Source of the DNA: Candidatus Omnitrophota bacterium
GTDB lineage: Bacteria; Omnitrophota; Gorgyraeia; Gygaellales; Profunditerraquicolaceae
Direction: 5' to 3'
NCBI GenBank assembly: GCA_041650835.1
Contig: JBAZKL010000002.1
Span: 270,477 to 334,476 of the forward strand
Length of the DNA: 64,000 nucleotides
Part shown: piece by piece, positions 1 to 9,626 of the stretch
Layout: every line of letters begins with the position of its first letter
Numbering within the stretch: position 1 is the first letter of the stretch
Notes under the pieces: generated by a model
Told to the model about the DNA's origin: nothing
Databases searched by the model: none
The model's input: the letters and a program-made list of their open reading frames with translations, nothing else
Translations under genes and position numbers: made by a program

Positions 1-321
1 TTTAACATCCATATCAAAAAGCGTAAACGCAACCCCGCTCAATTCGATTTGGGGATGCTCGCAAAGGAAAGCACCGGATTCAGCGGCGCTGAGATCGAAC
101 AAGCGGTCATTTCGGCGATGTACGACGCGTTTCTTGAGAACAGGGACATATCGAATGCGGATATCGTCACAAGCATAAAACAAAGCATCCCCTTATCGGT
201 TACCATGAAAGAAAATATCGACCAGATCAGGGAATGGGCTAAATTCAGGGCTCGCTGCGCCAGCAAAGACGGGACAAAATCGCATTCCTGCGATAAAGAA
301 AGGAAATTGGAGCTGGAGTGA
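1..321 (+). CDS. AAA+ ATPase, C-terminal fragment; the gene starts upstream of the window
   Basis: Open frame from base 1 with no stop. The stretch ...GFSGAEIEQAVISAMYDAF... resembles the C-terminal lid region of classical AAA+ (FtsH/CDC48-type) ATPases. Confidence 0.55.
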   Translation, partial: FNIHIKKRKRNPAQFDLGMLAKESTGFSGAEIEQAVISAMYDAFLENRDISNADIVTSIKQSIPLSVTMKENIDQIREWAKFRARCASKDGTKSHSCDKERKLELE

Positions 322-1022
322 TCAAAAGATTCTTAAAAAGGTTCGAACGGCTGGAACATAACTCAAAAGAAAGGGTTTGTGGAGGGTATCTGCGGACTTC
401 AAAGCGCTTTGAATGCTTGGAAGTAGGCAATAAAAAGATTAAAATTGAGATAACCGATAAAGTCTCACCGCAGGAAACGGCCCCGGTGAAAGTCGATTAT
501 TCTTTTCTCTGCCCTTATTGCGGGGCTGAAAACTCTCCCCTTGCGGAAAAATGTTACTATTGCAGCGCTAACCTGGAGACTAAGTTCGCTAAAGACTACC
601 AAACAAAAGTAAAGGGATTAAAGAAATGCCCTGCCTGCGAAGCGGTAAACCAGTCCGATAGGATAAATTGCTGGGTTTGCGGGATGGACTTTAATCTATC
701 AGGGGATTTAAAGAACCTGAAAGAATCGGAAAATGTCATCGTTCTCAATATTGACGAAAAAATATATAGATCAACCGACAAAAATCTTCCCCCGGAAATT
801 TTCGCTCTCATGGGACGGATCCGTAAACAAGGGTACAGCTCCAAAGTCATCGAAGAGTGGCTTGACGAAAGGAACACGCTCACCCGGCAATCATCCTATG
901 ATATAAACCAGCGTTTAGAAAGCATTCGAAGAAGCCTGAGTTGGCGCATTATCGGCCTTATTGTGTTCCTGATCTTCATTGTTTTCCAATTCGGGTCTTG
1001 TTTCTTCAGGATATTACGGTAA
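318..1022 (+). CDS. Double zinc-ribbon, membrane-anchored hypothetical protein
   Basis: GTG start overlapping the upstream stop (GTGA). Two Cys4 pairs, CPYC...CYYC and CPAC...CWVC. A C-terminal hydrophobic helix LIVFLIFIVFQFGSCFF. No closer ATG start. Confidence 0.5.
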   Translation: MIKRFLKRFERLEHNSKERVCGGYLRTSKRFECLEVGNKKIKIEITDKVSPQETAPVKVDYSFLCPYCGAENSPLAEKCYYCSANLETKFAKDYQTKVKGLKKCPACEAVNQSDRINCWVCGMDFNLSGDLKNLKESENVIVLNIDEKIYRSTDKNLPPEIFALMGRIRKQGYSSKVIEEWLDERNTLTRQSSYDINQRLESIRRSLSWRIIGLIVFLIFIVFQFGSCFFRILR

Positions 1023-1138
1023 AATAATAAAGCACCCAGCGTTTTAGAGCACCCGGCGCAGATTGGAATTGCGCCGGTACGCGGCTTTCTGCCGCGGAAT
1101 TGCGTTGGTGTTTCGCTTGCTGCGAAAGGAGGTTACAG

Positions 1139-1528
1139 GTGTCGGGAGAAGGCATCATAGGATTAGAGATCCGCTGTCTGGCAGCCTTGATCAAATCGAT
1201 CGTGGACCTGGGAATGGAATACCGGGAACTATCAACGATGAAGGCCTCTGACGGCACAATCCATAAAGCCGACCTGGTCGTCACCGATAAAAACGGGAAA
1301 ACGATCGGCTTCGAAAAAACCGCAAAAGGCGACTATAAAGTAATTACCGATTGTTCGGGGTTAAGCCCCGCGCAGGTAAAGGACCAGCAAAATATCGTGA
1401 AAAAACTCCGCCAGCGCTACTCGTATAATGTAGTTATAGACCAGCTTAAAAAGCAGGGCTATGTTATCGCGCAGGAAGAAAAAGTAAAAAATAACACTAT
1501 CCGCCTCGTCGCGCGGAAATGGTCATAA
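1139..1528 (+). CDS. DUF1257 / Ycf35-like protein
   Basis: AGGAGG 7 nt upstream of GTG 1139. N-terminal LEIRCLAALIKSIVDLGMEY and C-terminal ...RQRYSYNVV...TIRLVARKW match the Ycf35/DUF1257 pattern as I recall it, ending ...IRLVVQRW. Confidence 0.55.
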   Translation: MSGEGIIGLEIRCLAALIKSIVDLGMEYRELSTMKASDGTIHKADLVVTDKNGKTIGFEKTAKGDYKVITDCSGLSPAQVKDQQNIVKKLRQRYSYNVVIDQLKKQGYVIAQEEKVKNNTIRLVARKWS

Positions 1529-1540
1529 TAAGGAGCCCCG

Positions 1541-1756
1541 ATGGCTGCGAAACAGGAAATCGAATTATTTATTTCTGATGACGGTCAATTAAAGGTGCAT
1601 ATTAAAGGAATGAAAGGCCCGGGCTGTTTAAAGGTCATCGAATCGATCACGAAAGAAGTGGGAACATTGCAGGAAAAACAATTAAGCAGCGAATATTACG
1701 AATTACCCGTCGCATCGCAGGCTTATGAAACAAAGCTCAGGAAAAAACAGCTTTAA
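1541..1756 (+). CDS. DUF2997-like small protein
   Basis: AAGGAG then ATG. IELFISDDGQLKVHIKGMKGPGCLKVIESITKEVG fits the DUF2997 signature I...DG.V...V.G.KG..C....E..LG. Small genes next to DUF1257 and an AAA ATPase typically belong to this family. Confidence 0.5.
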   Translation: MAAKQEIELFISDDGQLKVHIKGMKGPGCLKVIESITKEVGTLQEKQLSSEYYELPVASQAYETKLRKKQL

Positions 1757-1780
1757 CTTTTTCAACAGGACATTACTTCA

Positions 1781-4468
1781 ATGAATGAGATCCCAAAAGT
1801 TTATAACGCGAAAGAAGTAGAAGACAAATGGTACGCATCTTGGCAGGAGCAGGGATTATTTCACGCAAATCCTGATCCCGCGAAAGAACCGTTCTGCATA
1901 GTTATTCCCCCTCCGAATGTAACCGGGATCCTGCATATGGGACATGCCCTCAATAACAGTATTCAGGATATCTTGGCGCGGTATAACCGCATGAAAGGCA
2001 AGGTCAGCCTTTGGATGCCGGGGACAGACCACGCGGGAATAGCGACGCAAAATGTGGTTGAACGGTCCCTCGCGAAAGAAAACCTCAAACGCCAGGACCT
2101 CGGAAGGAAGAAATTCATTGAAAGAGTATGGCTGTGGAAGGAAGAATACGGACAAACCATTATCCGCCAGCTTAAAAAATTAGGTTCTTCCTGCGACTGG
2201 GAGCGTCTTCGCTTCACCATGGACCAGGATTATTCAGACGCTGTAAAAGAAGTATTTGTCAGCTTATATGAAAAAGGGCTTATTTACCAGGGAGATTACA
2301 TCATTAACTGGTGCCCCCGCTGCCAAACAGCCCTTTCTGACGAAGAAGCGCCGCACCGCCAATTACAGGGAAACCTCTATTATTTAAAATACCCTTTAAA
2401 GGATTCTCCCTCTGATTTTGTGAGCGTTGCGACTACCCGCCCGGAAACGATGCTCGGTGACACTGCGGTCGCGGTAAACCCCAAAGACAAACGATACAAA
2501 AAATTGATCGGAAAAAAACTTATTCTCCCCCTGGTAAACCGCGAAATCGAAATAATCGGCGATGAAATAGTCGACGCTCAATTCGGGACCGGCGCAGTAA
2601 AAGTCACTCCCGCTCACGACCCCAATGATTACGCGATGGGTAAAAAGCATAACCTGCAATTCATCAAAGTCATGTCCCCTGACGGCCGCATGAACGAAAA
2701 TGCCGCTGATTATAAAGAAATGGACCGCTTTGAAGCCCGGGAGGTCATTATAGAGGACCTCAAAGAAAAAGGGCTGCTTGAAAAAATACAACCGCATGAA
2801 CTGTCGGCGGGGCACTGCTACCGCTGCCATACCATTATCGAGCCATATTTATCAAAGCAATGGTTCGTTAAAATGGCTCCGCTGGCAAAACCGGCGATAG
2901 AAGCCGTCACAAAAGGAAAGATTAAATTCCACCCGAAACGCTGGACAAAAGTATACCTGAACTGGATGGAGAACATCCAGGACTGGTGTATTTCCCGGCA
3001 GATCTGGTGGGGGCACCGTATCCCGGTCTATTACTGTAGAGACTGCTTGGGCCAGAACAACGCCGCAAAAGGTGTCATCGTATCCCGGAAGCAGCCGGAT
3101 AATTGCCCGCGATGCGGGTCATCCGATATTTATCAGGATGAAGATGTGCTCGATACCTGGTTTTCAAGCTGGCTGTGGCCGTTCGCTACATTCTACTGGC
3201 CGTTTAATTCATTGCCCCGGGACCAACGAGAGCAGGCCGAGAAAGACCTGGGCTATTTCTATCCGACAGCGGTCCTGGTGACCGCCCCTGAAATTATCTT
3301 TTTCTGGGTTGCGCGTATGATCATGTCGGGACTGGAATTTATGCATGATATCCCCTTTAAAGACGTCTATATACACGGCACCGTCAGGGACATCGAAGGC
3401 AAGAAAATGTCGAAATCACTCGGCAACATTATCGATCCGCTTGAAATTATAAACGAATACGGGACTGACGCGCTGCGCTTCAGCCTCATCTCGATCACTG
3501 CGCAAGGCCAGGATGTTTATTTATCAAAGGAGCGTTTTGAACAAGGCAGGAACTTCGCGAACAAGATATGGAACGCTTCACGCTTTATCTTAATGAACCT
3601 TGATGCTACTTATATCAAACAGGACCTCTGCGTTTACGTTAAGAAGCATGAGCTCGACATCGTTAACCGCTGGATATTGAGCAGGCTGTATTCTGTCATA
3701 AAAGAAGCGAACAAAAACCTCGATACCTTTAAATTCAATGAAGCGGCGAATCTTTTATACGGGTTTTTCTGGCATGATTTCTGCGATTGGTACCTTGAAT
3801 TAATAAAAACCAACATCAAGGACCCTCATAATCAGCTTATCATGTATAAAGTGCTGGAAAAGTTCTTACGCGTCATTCATCCCTTCATGCCGTTCATTAC
3901 CGAAGAGATCTGGCATCTCCTTCACCCGGCAGCCGATTCTATCATGCTCCAGCCATCACCGCACCTGCAAACAAACCTCATGAGTAAGAAAATCGAAGAA
4001 AAAATGTCCCGGGTCTTCGCAGCGGTCACTGCTATACGTAACATACGGACTGAACTGGAGATACCGCCTGCCAGTGTCATCGATTTCAAGATTTTTGCTC
4101 CTTTAGACACGCAAAAACTCTTTCAATCTCTTGCGACGCATATTGAGAATGTTTCGAAAAACAGGCTTATGAGCACGGGGGATCAAACAGAATACGTCCA
4201 TGCGCCGGGACAATTCGATTTAGTCTTAAACGAAGCGCATATCGTTATTCCGCTTTCCGGAGTCCTGGATACCCAAAAGCATAAAAACAAGATAGATATT
4301 GAGATACAAAAGACCCTCGCTGAGATCAAAGCAAAAGAGGATCTTTTATCGAATGAAAACTTTGTAAAACGGGCGCCGCAGGAAATAGTGGAAAAAGAGA
4401 AAATAAAATTATCGGAACTTAACGAAAAGTTAAAAAAACAGAAGGAGGTGCGCGATGGACTCCAATAA
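1781..4468 (+). CDS. valS: Valine--tRNA ligase
   Basis: 895 aa. HIGH-type motif PPNVTGILHMGHALN, KMSKS motif KKMSKSLGN, editing-domain region and a C-terminal coiled coil typical of ValRS. Confidence 0.95.
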   Translation: MNEIPKVYNAKEVEDKWYASWQEQGLFHANPDPAKEPFCIVIPPPNVTGILHMGHALNNSIQDILARYNRMKGKVSLWMPGTDHAGIATQNVVERSLAKENLKRQDLGRKKFIERVWLWKEEYGQTIIRQLKKLGSSCDWERLRFTMDQDYSDAVKEVFVSLYEKGLIYQGDYIINWCPRCQTALSDEEAPHRQLQGNLYYLKYPLKDSPSDFVSVATTRPETMLGDTAVAVNPKDKRYKKLIGKKLILPLVNREIEIIGDEIVDAQFGTGAVKVTPAHDPNDYAMGKKHNLQFIKVMSPDGRMNENAADYKEMDRFEAREVIIEDLKEKGLLEKIQPHELSAGHCYRCHTIIEPYLSKQWFVKMAPLAKPAIEAVTKGKIKFHPKRWTKVYLNWMENIQDWCISRQIWWGHRIPVYYCRDCLGQNNAAKGVIVSRKQPDNCPRCGSSDIYQDEDVLDTWFSSWLWPFATFYWPFNSLPRDQREQAEKDLGYFYPTAVLVTAPEIIFFWVARMIMSGLEFMHDIPFKDVYIHGTVRDIEGKKMSKSLGNIIDPLEIINEYGTDALRFSLISITAQGQDVYLSKERFEQGRNFANKIWNASRFILMNLDATYIKQDLCVYVKKHELDIVNRWILSRLYSVIKEANKNLDTFKFNEAANLLYGFFWHDFCDWYLELIKTNIKDPHNQLIMYKVLEKFLRVIHPFMPFITEEIWHLLHPAADSIMLQPSPHLQTNLMSKKIEEKMSRVFAAVTAIRNIRTELEIPPASVIDFKIFAPLDTQKLFQSLATHIENVSKNRLMSTGDQTEYVHAPGQFDLVLNEAHIVIPLSGVLDTQKHKNKIDIEIQKTLAEIKAKEDLLSNENFVKRAPQEIVEKEKIKLSELNEKLKKQKEVRDGLQ

Positions 4469-5342
4469 GTATTTTCTTTCCCACGAAGAACCGAGCTTGG
4501 ACCAGAGCAAACTAGACAGTATTGTCAGGCATGCCTTATGCGAAGATATCGGCAAAGGGGATATCACCACGCAACTGACCATCCCCCAGGATAAGCATAT
4601 CAAAGCCGTCTTGGTCGCAAAAGACGATTGCGTCATCTGCGGGATGGAGGCGATCGAAAGGGTATTTGTCACGGTAGATAAGAATATAACGTTCACCCCC
4701 CGGGTAAAAGAAGGCCAGGGGATAAAAAAAGGAAAAAAGATAGCCCTTATCGACGGCAAAGCCCATAGTATCCTCAGCGCCGAGCGGGTCGGACTGAACC
4801 TTTTAAGCATGCTTTCGGGGATCGCGACAAAAACGAGGGAATATGTCGAGAAAGTAAAGCCGTATAAAGTCAAGATCACCGATACCCGTAAAACAATGCC
4901 GGGCTTGAGAGAGCTGCAAAAATACGCCGTGCGCATCGGAGGCGGCTTCAACCACCGTATGGCGTTGGATGAAATGATCTTGATAAAAGACAATCATATC
5001 CAGATCATGGACGGGTATCACCAATTCCCCAAAGTCCCGAAAGGGTATAAAATCGAGATTGAAGTGCAGAATATGCAGGAATTCAACCACGCGATGCGCT
5101 TTAAGCCGGATGTCATCATGCTGGACAACATGGAAATCGCGGATATTAAAAAAGCGGTAAAGATCCGCGATAACATTCGCTTTGACAGCCATCATCCCAA
5201 GACAAAGCTCGAAACTTCAGGAGGAGTCAATATTAAGATCGTAAAGAAACTTGCGGCAACCGGAGTTGATATTATTTCTGTCGGAGACTTGACCCATTCC
5301 TTTAAGTCGGCGGATATAAGCTTAGATATCCTCCCGGGATAA
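4455..5342 (+). CDS. nadC: Nicotinate-nucleotide pyrophosphorylase (carboxylating), i.e. quinolinate phosphoribosyltransferase
   Basis: 295 aa. Typical NadC motifs (ILDTRKT-like DTRKTMPGLR, IMLDNM). Overlaps the valS end by 14 nt. Confidence 0.9.
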   Translation: MDSNKYFLSHEEPSLDQSKLDSIVRHALCEDIGKGDITTQLTIPQDKHIKAVLVAKDDCVICGMEAIERVFVTVDKNITFTPRVKEGQGIKKGKKIALIDGKAHSILSAERVGLNLLSMLSGIATKTREYVEKVKPYKVKITDTRKTMPGLRELQKYAVRIGGGFNHRMALDEMILIKDNHIQIMDGYHQFPKVPKGYKIEIEVQNMQEFNHAMRFKPDVIMLDNMEIADIKKAVKIRDNIRFDSHHPKTKLETSGGVNIKIVKKLAATGVDIISVGDLTHSFKSADISLDILPG

Positions 5343-5414
5343 GCACAACCTTAAAAACCGCGATACGGTAAGAGACAGCCATTGATGAGGCGGTATCAAT
5401 GGCTGTTTGATTTC

Positions 5415-7400
5415 ATGGAAAAATTCTCGCTTTCCTCAGCACAATTTAAACCTTGCGGCGACCAGCCAAAAGCGATAGAAGACCTCGCCCGGTCAATACG
5501 GGAAGGAAACCCCTGTCAAACACTTTTAGGAGTGACCGGCTCAGGTAAAACCTTTACGCTCGCCAATGTCATTGAAAAGGTAAATCTTCCGACGCTGGTC
5601 ATCTCGCATAATAAAACCCTCGCCGCCCAGCTTTACGCGGAGTTCAAAGAATTCTTCCCGAATAACGCGGTAGAATATTTTGTCAGCTACTACGATTATT
5701 ACCAGCCGGAAGCCTATATACCTTCAACAGACACCTATATTGAAAAGGACTCTTCTATCAATGACCGGCTCGACCGCCTGCGCCTTTCGGCTACCACAAG
5801 CCTTATGTCGCGCTCTGATGTCTTGATCATAGCTTCGGTATCCTGTATCTATAACTTAGGCAATCCGGATGATTATAAAGATATGCTCGTTTTCCTCGAA
5901 CGGGGCCAGCGCATTGCCCGTGACGAGCTCTTGCTGCATTTTATCAAAATTCAATATGAACGTAACGACTATGAATTCATGCGTGGAAAATTCAGGGTGA
6001 GGGGGGATTGTATCGAAATATACCCTTCGTATCAGGAAAAAGCGCTGCGCGTGGAGTTACGCGACGATATCATCGAAAGAATATCTGAAATTAACCCTGT
6101 TTCAGCTGAGGTACTCACGCTTCTCCAACGCGTGGCGATATACCCGGCAAAACATTTTATAGTTTCCCAGGACAGTATTGGTCAGGCGAGCGCGACGATA
6201 CTCGCTGAGCTGGACCAACAATTGAGTGTTTTACGCGGCAGGAACAAATTACTGGAAGCCCAAAGGCTTGAATCCCGTACCCGTTACGACATGGAAATGC
6301 TTAAAGAGATCGGGTACTGCCGGGGAATAGAGAATTATTCGCGCCATCTTACCGGAAGGCCGGCAGGATCGCGTCCTTATTCGCTAATGGATTATTTCAA
6401 GGGAAAATTCCTAACGATCATTGATGAATCTCACGTTACCCTGCCCCAGATACGAGGCATGTATGAAGGAGATAAAGCAAGAAAAGAAACGCTTGTGGAA
6501 TACGGCTTCCGCCTTCCGTCGTGCCTGGATAACCGGCCGCTCACCTTCAACGAGTTTAACGAACTCATACAACAAACCATCTTTGTATCTGCAACGCCCG
6601 CCGATTATGAGATCAAGCGCAGCAAGGGAATGGTCGTTGAACAGATCATCCGCCCGACCGGGCTGATCGACCCTGAAATCATCATTAAGCCGACGAATAA
6701 CCAGCTTGATGATCTGATAAAAGAAGTCAAGGCGCGCTCCAAGCGCAATGAACGCACTCTGGTAACCACGCTCACAAAGAAAATGGCGGAAGATTTAACC
6801 GCCTATTTACAGGAAAAGGGTATCAGGGTAAAATACCTTCATTCCGAAATAGAGACCATTGAACGTTCAAAGATAATACGCCAGCTGCGTAAAAAAGATT
6901 TTGATTGTTTAGTCGGTATCAACTTGCTCAGAGAGGGCCTTGATCTGCCGGAAGTTTCTCTCGTGGCTATCTTAGACGCCGATAAAGAAGGGTTCTTACG
7001 GTCGGCGACATCGCTTATTCAGGTCTCCGGAAGGGCCGCGCGCAATATCAACGGCACCGTGATCATGTACGCTGATACAGTTACCGATTCCATGAAGAAA
7101 TCTATTTTTGAAAGCTCCCGGCGCCGCGCGATCCAGGTTGAATTCAACAGAAAGAATAAAATTACTCCCCGTTCGATTGAAAAAGCGATAAAAGAGGGGA
7201 TCGAAGATATCGCGGGCGCAGAAAGTTTTGTGCGGGAGCTCACGGGTGAGGATAAAGAGGATTACGAAATACATGAATATCTTGCCGGTTTAGAATATGA
7301 AATGGAGATGGCAGCAAGGAATTTACAATTTGAACAAGCAGCGTTACTTCGCGATAAGATCAACGCGTTAAAGGAAAAAACCCTCAAAAAAAAGGAATGA
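5415..7400 (+). CDS. uvrB: Excinuclease ABC subunit B
   Basis: FKPCGDQPKAIEDL N-terminus like E. coli UvrB, Walker A GVTGSGKTFT, helicase motifs and a C-terminal UvrB/UvrC interaction coiled coil. The start could also be the ATG at 5382. Confidence 0.9.
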   Translation: MEKFSLSSAQFKPCGDQPKAIEDLARSIREGNPCQTLLGVTGSGKTFTLANVIEKVNLPTLVISHNKTLAAQLYAEFKEFFPNNAVEYFVSYYDYYQPEAYIPSTDTYIEKDSSINDRLDRLRLSATTSLMSRSDVLIIASVSCIYNLGNPDDYKDMLVFLERGQRIARDELLLHFIKIQYERNDYEFMRGKFRVRGDCIEIYPSYQEKALRVELRDDIIERISEINPVSAEVLTLLQRVAIYPAKHFIVSQDSIGQASATILAELDQQLSVLRGRNKLLEAQRLESRTRYDMEMLKEIGYCRGIENYSRHLTGRPAGSRPYSLMDYFKGKFLTIIDESHVTLPQIRGMYEGDKARKETLVEYGFRLPSCLDNRPLTFNEFNELIQQTIFVSATPADYEIKRSKGMVVEQIIRPTGLIDPEIIIKPTNNQLDDLIKEVKARSKRNERTLVTTLTKKMAEDLTAYLQEKGIRVKYLHSEIETIERSKIIRQLRKKDFDCLVGINLLREGLDLPEVSLVAILDADKEGFLRSATSLIQVSGRAARNINGTVIMYADTVTDSMKKSIFESSRRRAIQVEFNRKNKITPRSIEKAIKEGIEDIAGAESFVRELTGEDKEDYEIHEYLAGLEYEMEMAARNLQFEQAALLRDKINALKEKTLKKKE

Positions 7401-7404
7401 TTTC

Positions 7405-8145
7405 ATGTTTCTCACAGCCGATATCGGGAATACCAATATTAACTTCGGAGTTTTTAAAGGAAAAAAACTGCTGAAACGCTTTATTATACAAACACAAAAA
7501 ACCTCCTACACGCAACCACTATCCAGGATATTGAAACATTATCCTGTCCGCAAGGCAATTATTTGCAGTGTCGTCCCTAAGAGCACCGCTCAGCTTGAAA
7601 AAACTCTGAAGCGATCCTTGAATACCTCCCCCCTCATTGCGGGACGCGATTATCAAGTCCCCATTAAAAACTTATACCGCTATCCGCGGCAGGTCGGACA
7701 GGACCGCCTGGTCAATGCCTATGCCGGGATAATGCTCTATGGAGCGCCGCTGATAGTCATTGATTTCGGCACCGCGGTCACGTTTGACGTTATTTCAAAA
7801 AGAAAAGAATATCTAGGAGGCATGATCCTCCCCGGTTTAAGTATTTCTCTCGACGCGCTCAATAAACGAACCGCGCTTTTACCTCGAATAAAGCTGCAGA
7901 AACCCGGAGAATTCATCGGTAAAGACACCAGGAACAGCATGTTGAGCGGTATAGTATACGGATTTGCCTGCCTTACCGACGACCTTGTTGAGCGAATAAA
8001 AGCTAAAATCGGGACAAACGCCCCGGTTGTCGCCACAGGAGGAAATATTCCCCTGATCCGCTCTTTCTGCAAGAAAATCGATAGGATCGATCAGGATTTA
8101 ACGTTGAAAGGGTTAGCTTTTCTCTATGAAAGATATTCTCAGTAA
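7405..8145 (+). CDS. coaX: Type III pantothenate kinase
   Basis: MFLTADIGNTNINFGVF N-terminus and the DFGTA motif are diagnostic of CoaX. Confidence 0.85.
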   Translation: MFLTADIGNTNINFGVFKGKKLLKRFIIQTQKTSYTQPLSRILKHYPVRKAIICSVVPKSTAQLEKTLKRSLNTSPLIAGRDYQVPIKNLYRYPRQVGQDRLVNAYAGIMLYGAPLIVIDFGTAVTFDVISKRKEYLGGMILPGLSISLDALNKRTALLPRIKLQKPGEFIGKDTRNSMLSGIVYGFACLTDDLVERIKAKIGTNAPVVATGGNIPLIRSFCKKIDRIDQDLTLKGLAFLYERYSQ

Positions 8146-8252
8146 ACCGGAATTATTCCCGCGAATAGCTTCAATTTAAAATACCTGCCACAAAAATTAA
8201 CTAAAAATTACCTAACTATAAATATCACTAAGCTTTAAAATGTAATTATCAT

Positions 8253-8280
8253 TGACAACAAGGGGTTTTCTTTGTATATT
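8253..8280 (+). promoter_or_regulatory. Sigma70-type promoter TTGACA-16-TATATT heading the 8.3-27.2 kb gene block
   Basis: TTGACA 8253-8258 and TATATT 8275-8280 in a 170-bp AT-rich intergenic region that follows 8 kb of packed housekeeping genes. Confidence 0.45.
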
Positions 8281-8316
8281 TATAACTATTCTAAATATGT
8301 CTAAACGAGGTGAACT

Positions 8317-8565
8317 ATGGCTGAAAACTCTAATGAAAACAAACCTATCATGACCACCAAAGAGGTCGCCGAATATTTAAACATTCACCCCTTGACCGTG
8401 AATAAATACGCGAGGGAAGGCAAGATCCCCGCGTTTAAAATAGGCACCGATTGGCGTTTCCACAAAAGTTATATTGAAAATTGGATCAAAGATAAAGTAA
8501 CTCATAATGTCGCGGGAAAAGAGCGAAGGAAGAGTGCGACTGCGGCTTTGAATCCTGAAGGATAA
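8317..8565 (+). CDS. Excisionase-family (MerR-superfamily HTH_17) DNA-binding protein
   Basis: TTKEVAEYLNIHPLTVNKYAREGKIPAFKIGTDWRF is a canonical excisionase-type helix-turn-helix. It is the first gene after the promoter. Confidence 0.6.
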   Translation: MAENSNENKPIMTTKEVAEYLNIHPLTVNKYAREGKIPAFKIGTDWRFHKSYIENWIKDKVTHNVAGKERRKSATAALNPEG

Positions 8566-8567
8566 CC

Positions 8568-9611
8568 ATGAAAACATTTGCCATTCTTTTGAATCCCGCT
8601 ACTATTGTCGAGCTCAAACGCTTACTGCCCGGGGCGCGCTTCCTTCCGAATGCGGCACTCGAATTCTTATTGCGGAAGAACCTCCCGCTTAAAGTAATCA
8701 GGCTTAAAGAAATCACTTCTTCGCGGGGAGAGAAAATCTCCGGATATCTGATCATTTGGCCGGTTTTGAGGAAAACTATCGCTTCGCTTGATAAAGAAAT
8801 AATCAAAGAAAAGATCATTGAAGCGGGTTTGCTCGCGGGGCGCTTAGGTGCCCGGATCATCGGCACCAATGGCTCATACGGGCTTTCTGCCCTGGACTTA
8901 ACGGGCGTCACCCGGAAGATCAAGATACCTTTTACCAGCGGGGAGTCCCTTTTAAGCTGGTCATTCTTTGAGTCTCTTTTTTTATCGACTCAAGAAATTG
9001 GCCTTGAACTCAAAGATGCTTCAATCGCCATAATCGGGGCCAATTCTACGCTCGGCATGCTTTGCGCCCGAAAGCTGGCTACCTGCGCTTTGAACATCAT
9101 ACTCGCGGATACTGACGTAGAAAAACTTAACGCGTTCAAGGAAACGCTTATCTCCCGGAAGGCACAAGAGGATAAACAAAGCTCTCTCACGGTGATCTCA
9201 ACCTATGAACTGCCTCAAAAAGCGGCTCATGCGGATATTTTCATCCCGGTATCCAATGCTGCTTGTGAACAACTTACCCATATCAACTTAAAACCGAAAA
9301 GCATCATTTGCGCTGTTTCTGATTGCCAATATCTCGAAACAATAGCAGCACTCCTCAAAGATGTCACGGTTATAAAAGGCGGCATTATTAAGATGCCGCC
9401 ATCGATTGACCTGGGAGTAGATCTCGGGTTACCCGGCAATTTAATAAACGCAGCGCTTGCCGAGCCGATCTTATTGGCATTTGAAGGTAAAACGGGGACT
9501 TTTTCTCTCGGGGAAGCGACAAATATTAACAGGCTTGAGGATATCGCCGATATCGCTGTTCAATACGGCTTTGAGATCTATAATCCCCTCAAGCAGTCAC
9601 TCGTTCATTAA
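8568..9611 (+). CDS. Acyl-ACP reductase (AAR)-like protein; divergent paralog lacking the putative catalytic Cys
   Basis: Collinear with the cyanobacterial AAR fold: Rossmann segment IAIIGANSTLGMLCARKLA and C-terminal LAFEGKTGTFSLGEATNINRLEDI...GFEIYNP versus AAR ...[23 protein letters not shown]...GFQP. The position matching the AAR C(FAE) cysteine reads AALAEP. Confidence 0.5.
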   Translation: MKTFAILLNPATIVELKRLLPGARFLPNAALEFLLRKNLPLKVIRLKEITSSRGEKISGYLIIWPVLRKTIASLDKEIIKEKIIEAGLLAGRLGARIIGTNGSYGLSALDLTGVTRKIKIPFTSGESLLSWSFFESLFLSTQEIGLELKDASIAIIGANSTLGMLCARKLATCALNIILADTDVEKLNAFKETLISRKAQEDKQSSLTVISTYELPQKAAHADIFIPVSNAACEQLTHINLKPKSIICAVSDCQYLETIAALLKDVTVIKGGIIKMPPSIDLGVDLGLPGNLINAALAEPILLAFEGKTGTFSLGEATNINRLEDIADIAVQYGFEIYNPLKQSLVH

Positions 9612-9626
9612 CTTATCGCTCAGTAT

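Noticed and set aside
4430-4993. 187-aa minus-strand ORF, and similarly 32177-32770, 43312-43827, 20558-21103, 45278-45763 and other minus-strand ORFs over 100 aa.
   Set aside because: Each lies antisense to a + strand gene with unambiguous conserved motifs (nadC, the gspH/I region, LpxL-like, the methyltransferase, the COG2426 protein). None shows a domain signature or RBS. They are frame shadows.
8317-8565. Possibility that the excisionase-family HTH gene marks an integrated mobile element or prophage boundary.
   Set aside because: No integrase, recombinase, attachment-site repeats or phage structural genes are nearby. The tRNA genes are 52 kb away. It is better explained as a small HTH regulator at the head of the operon.
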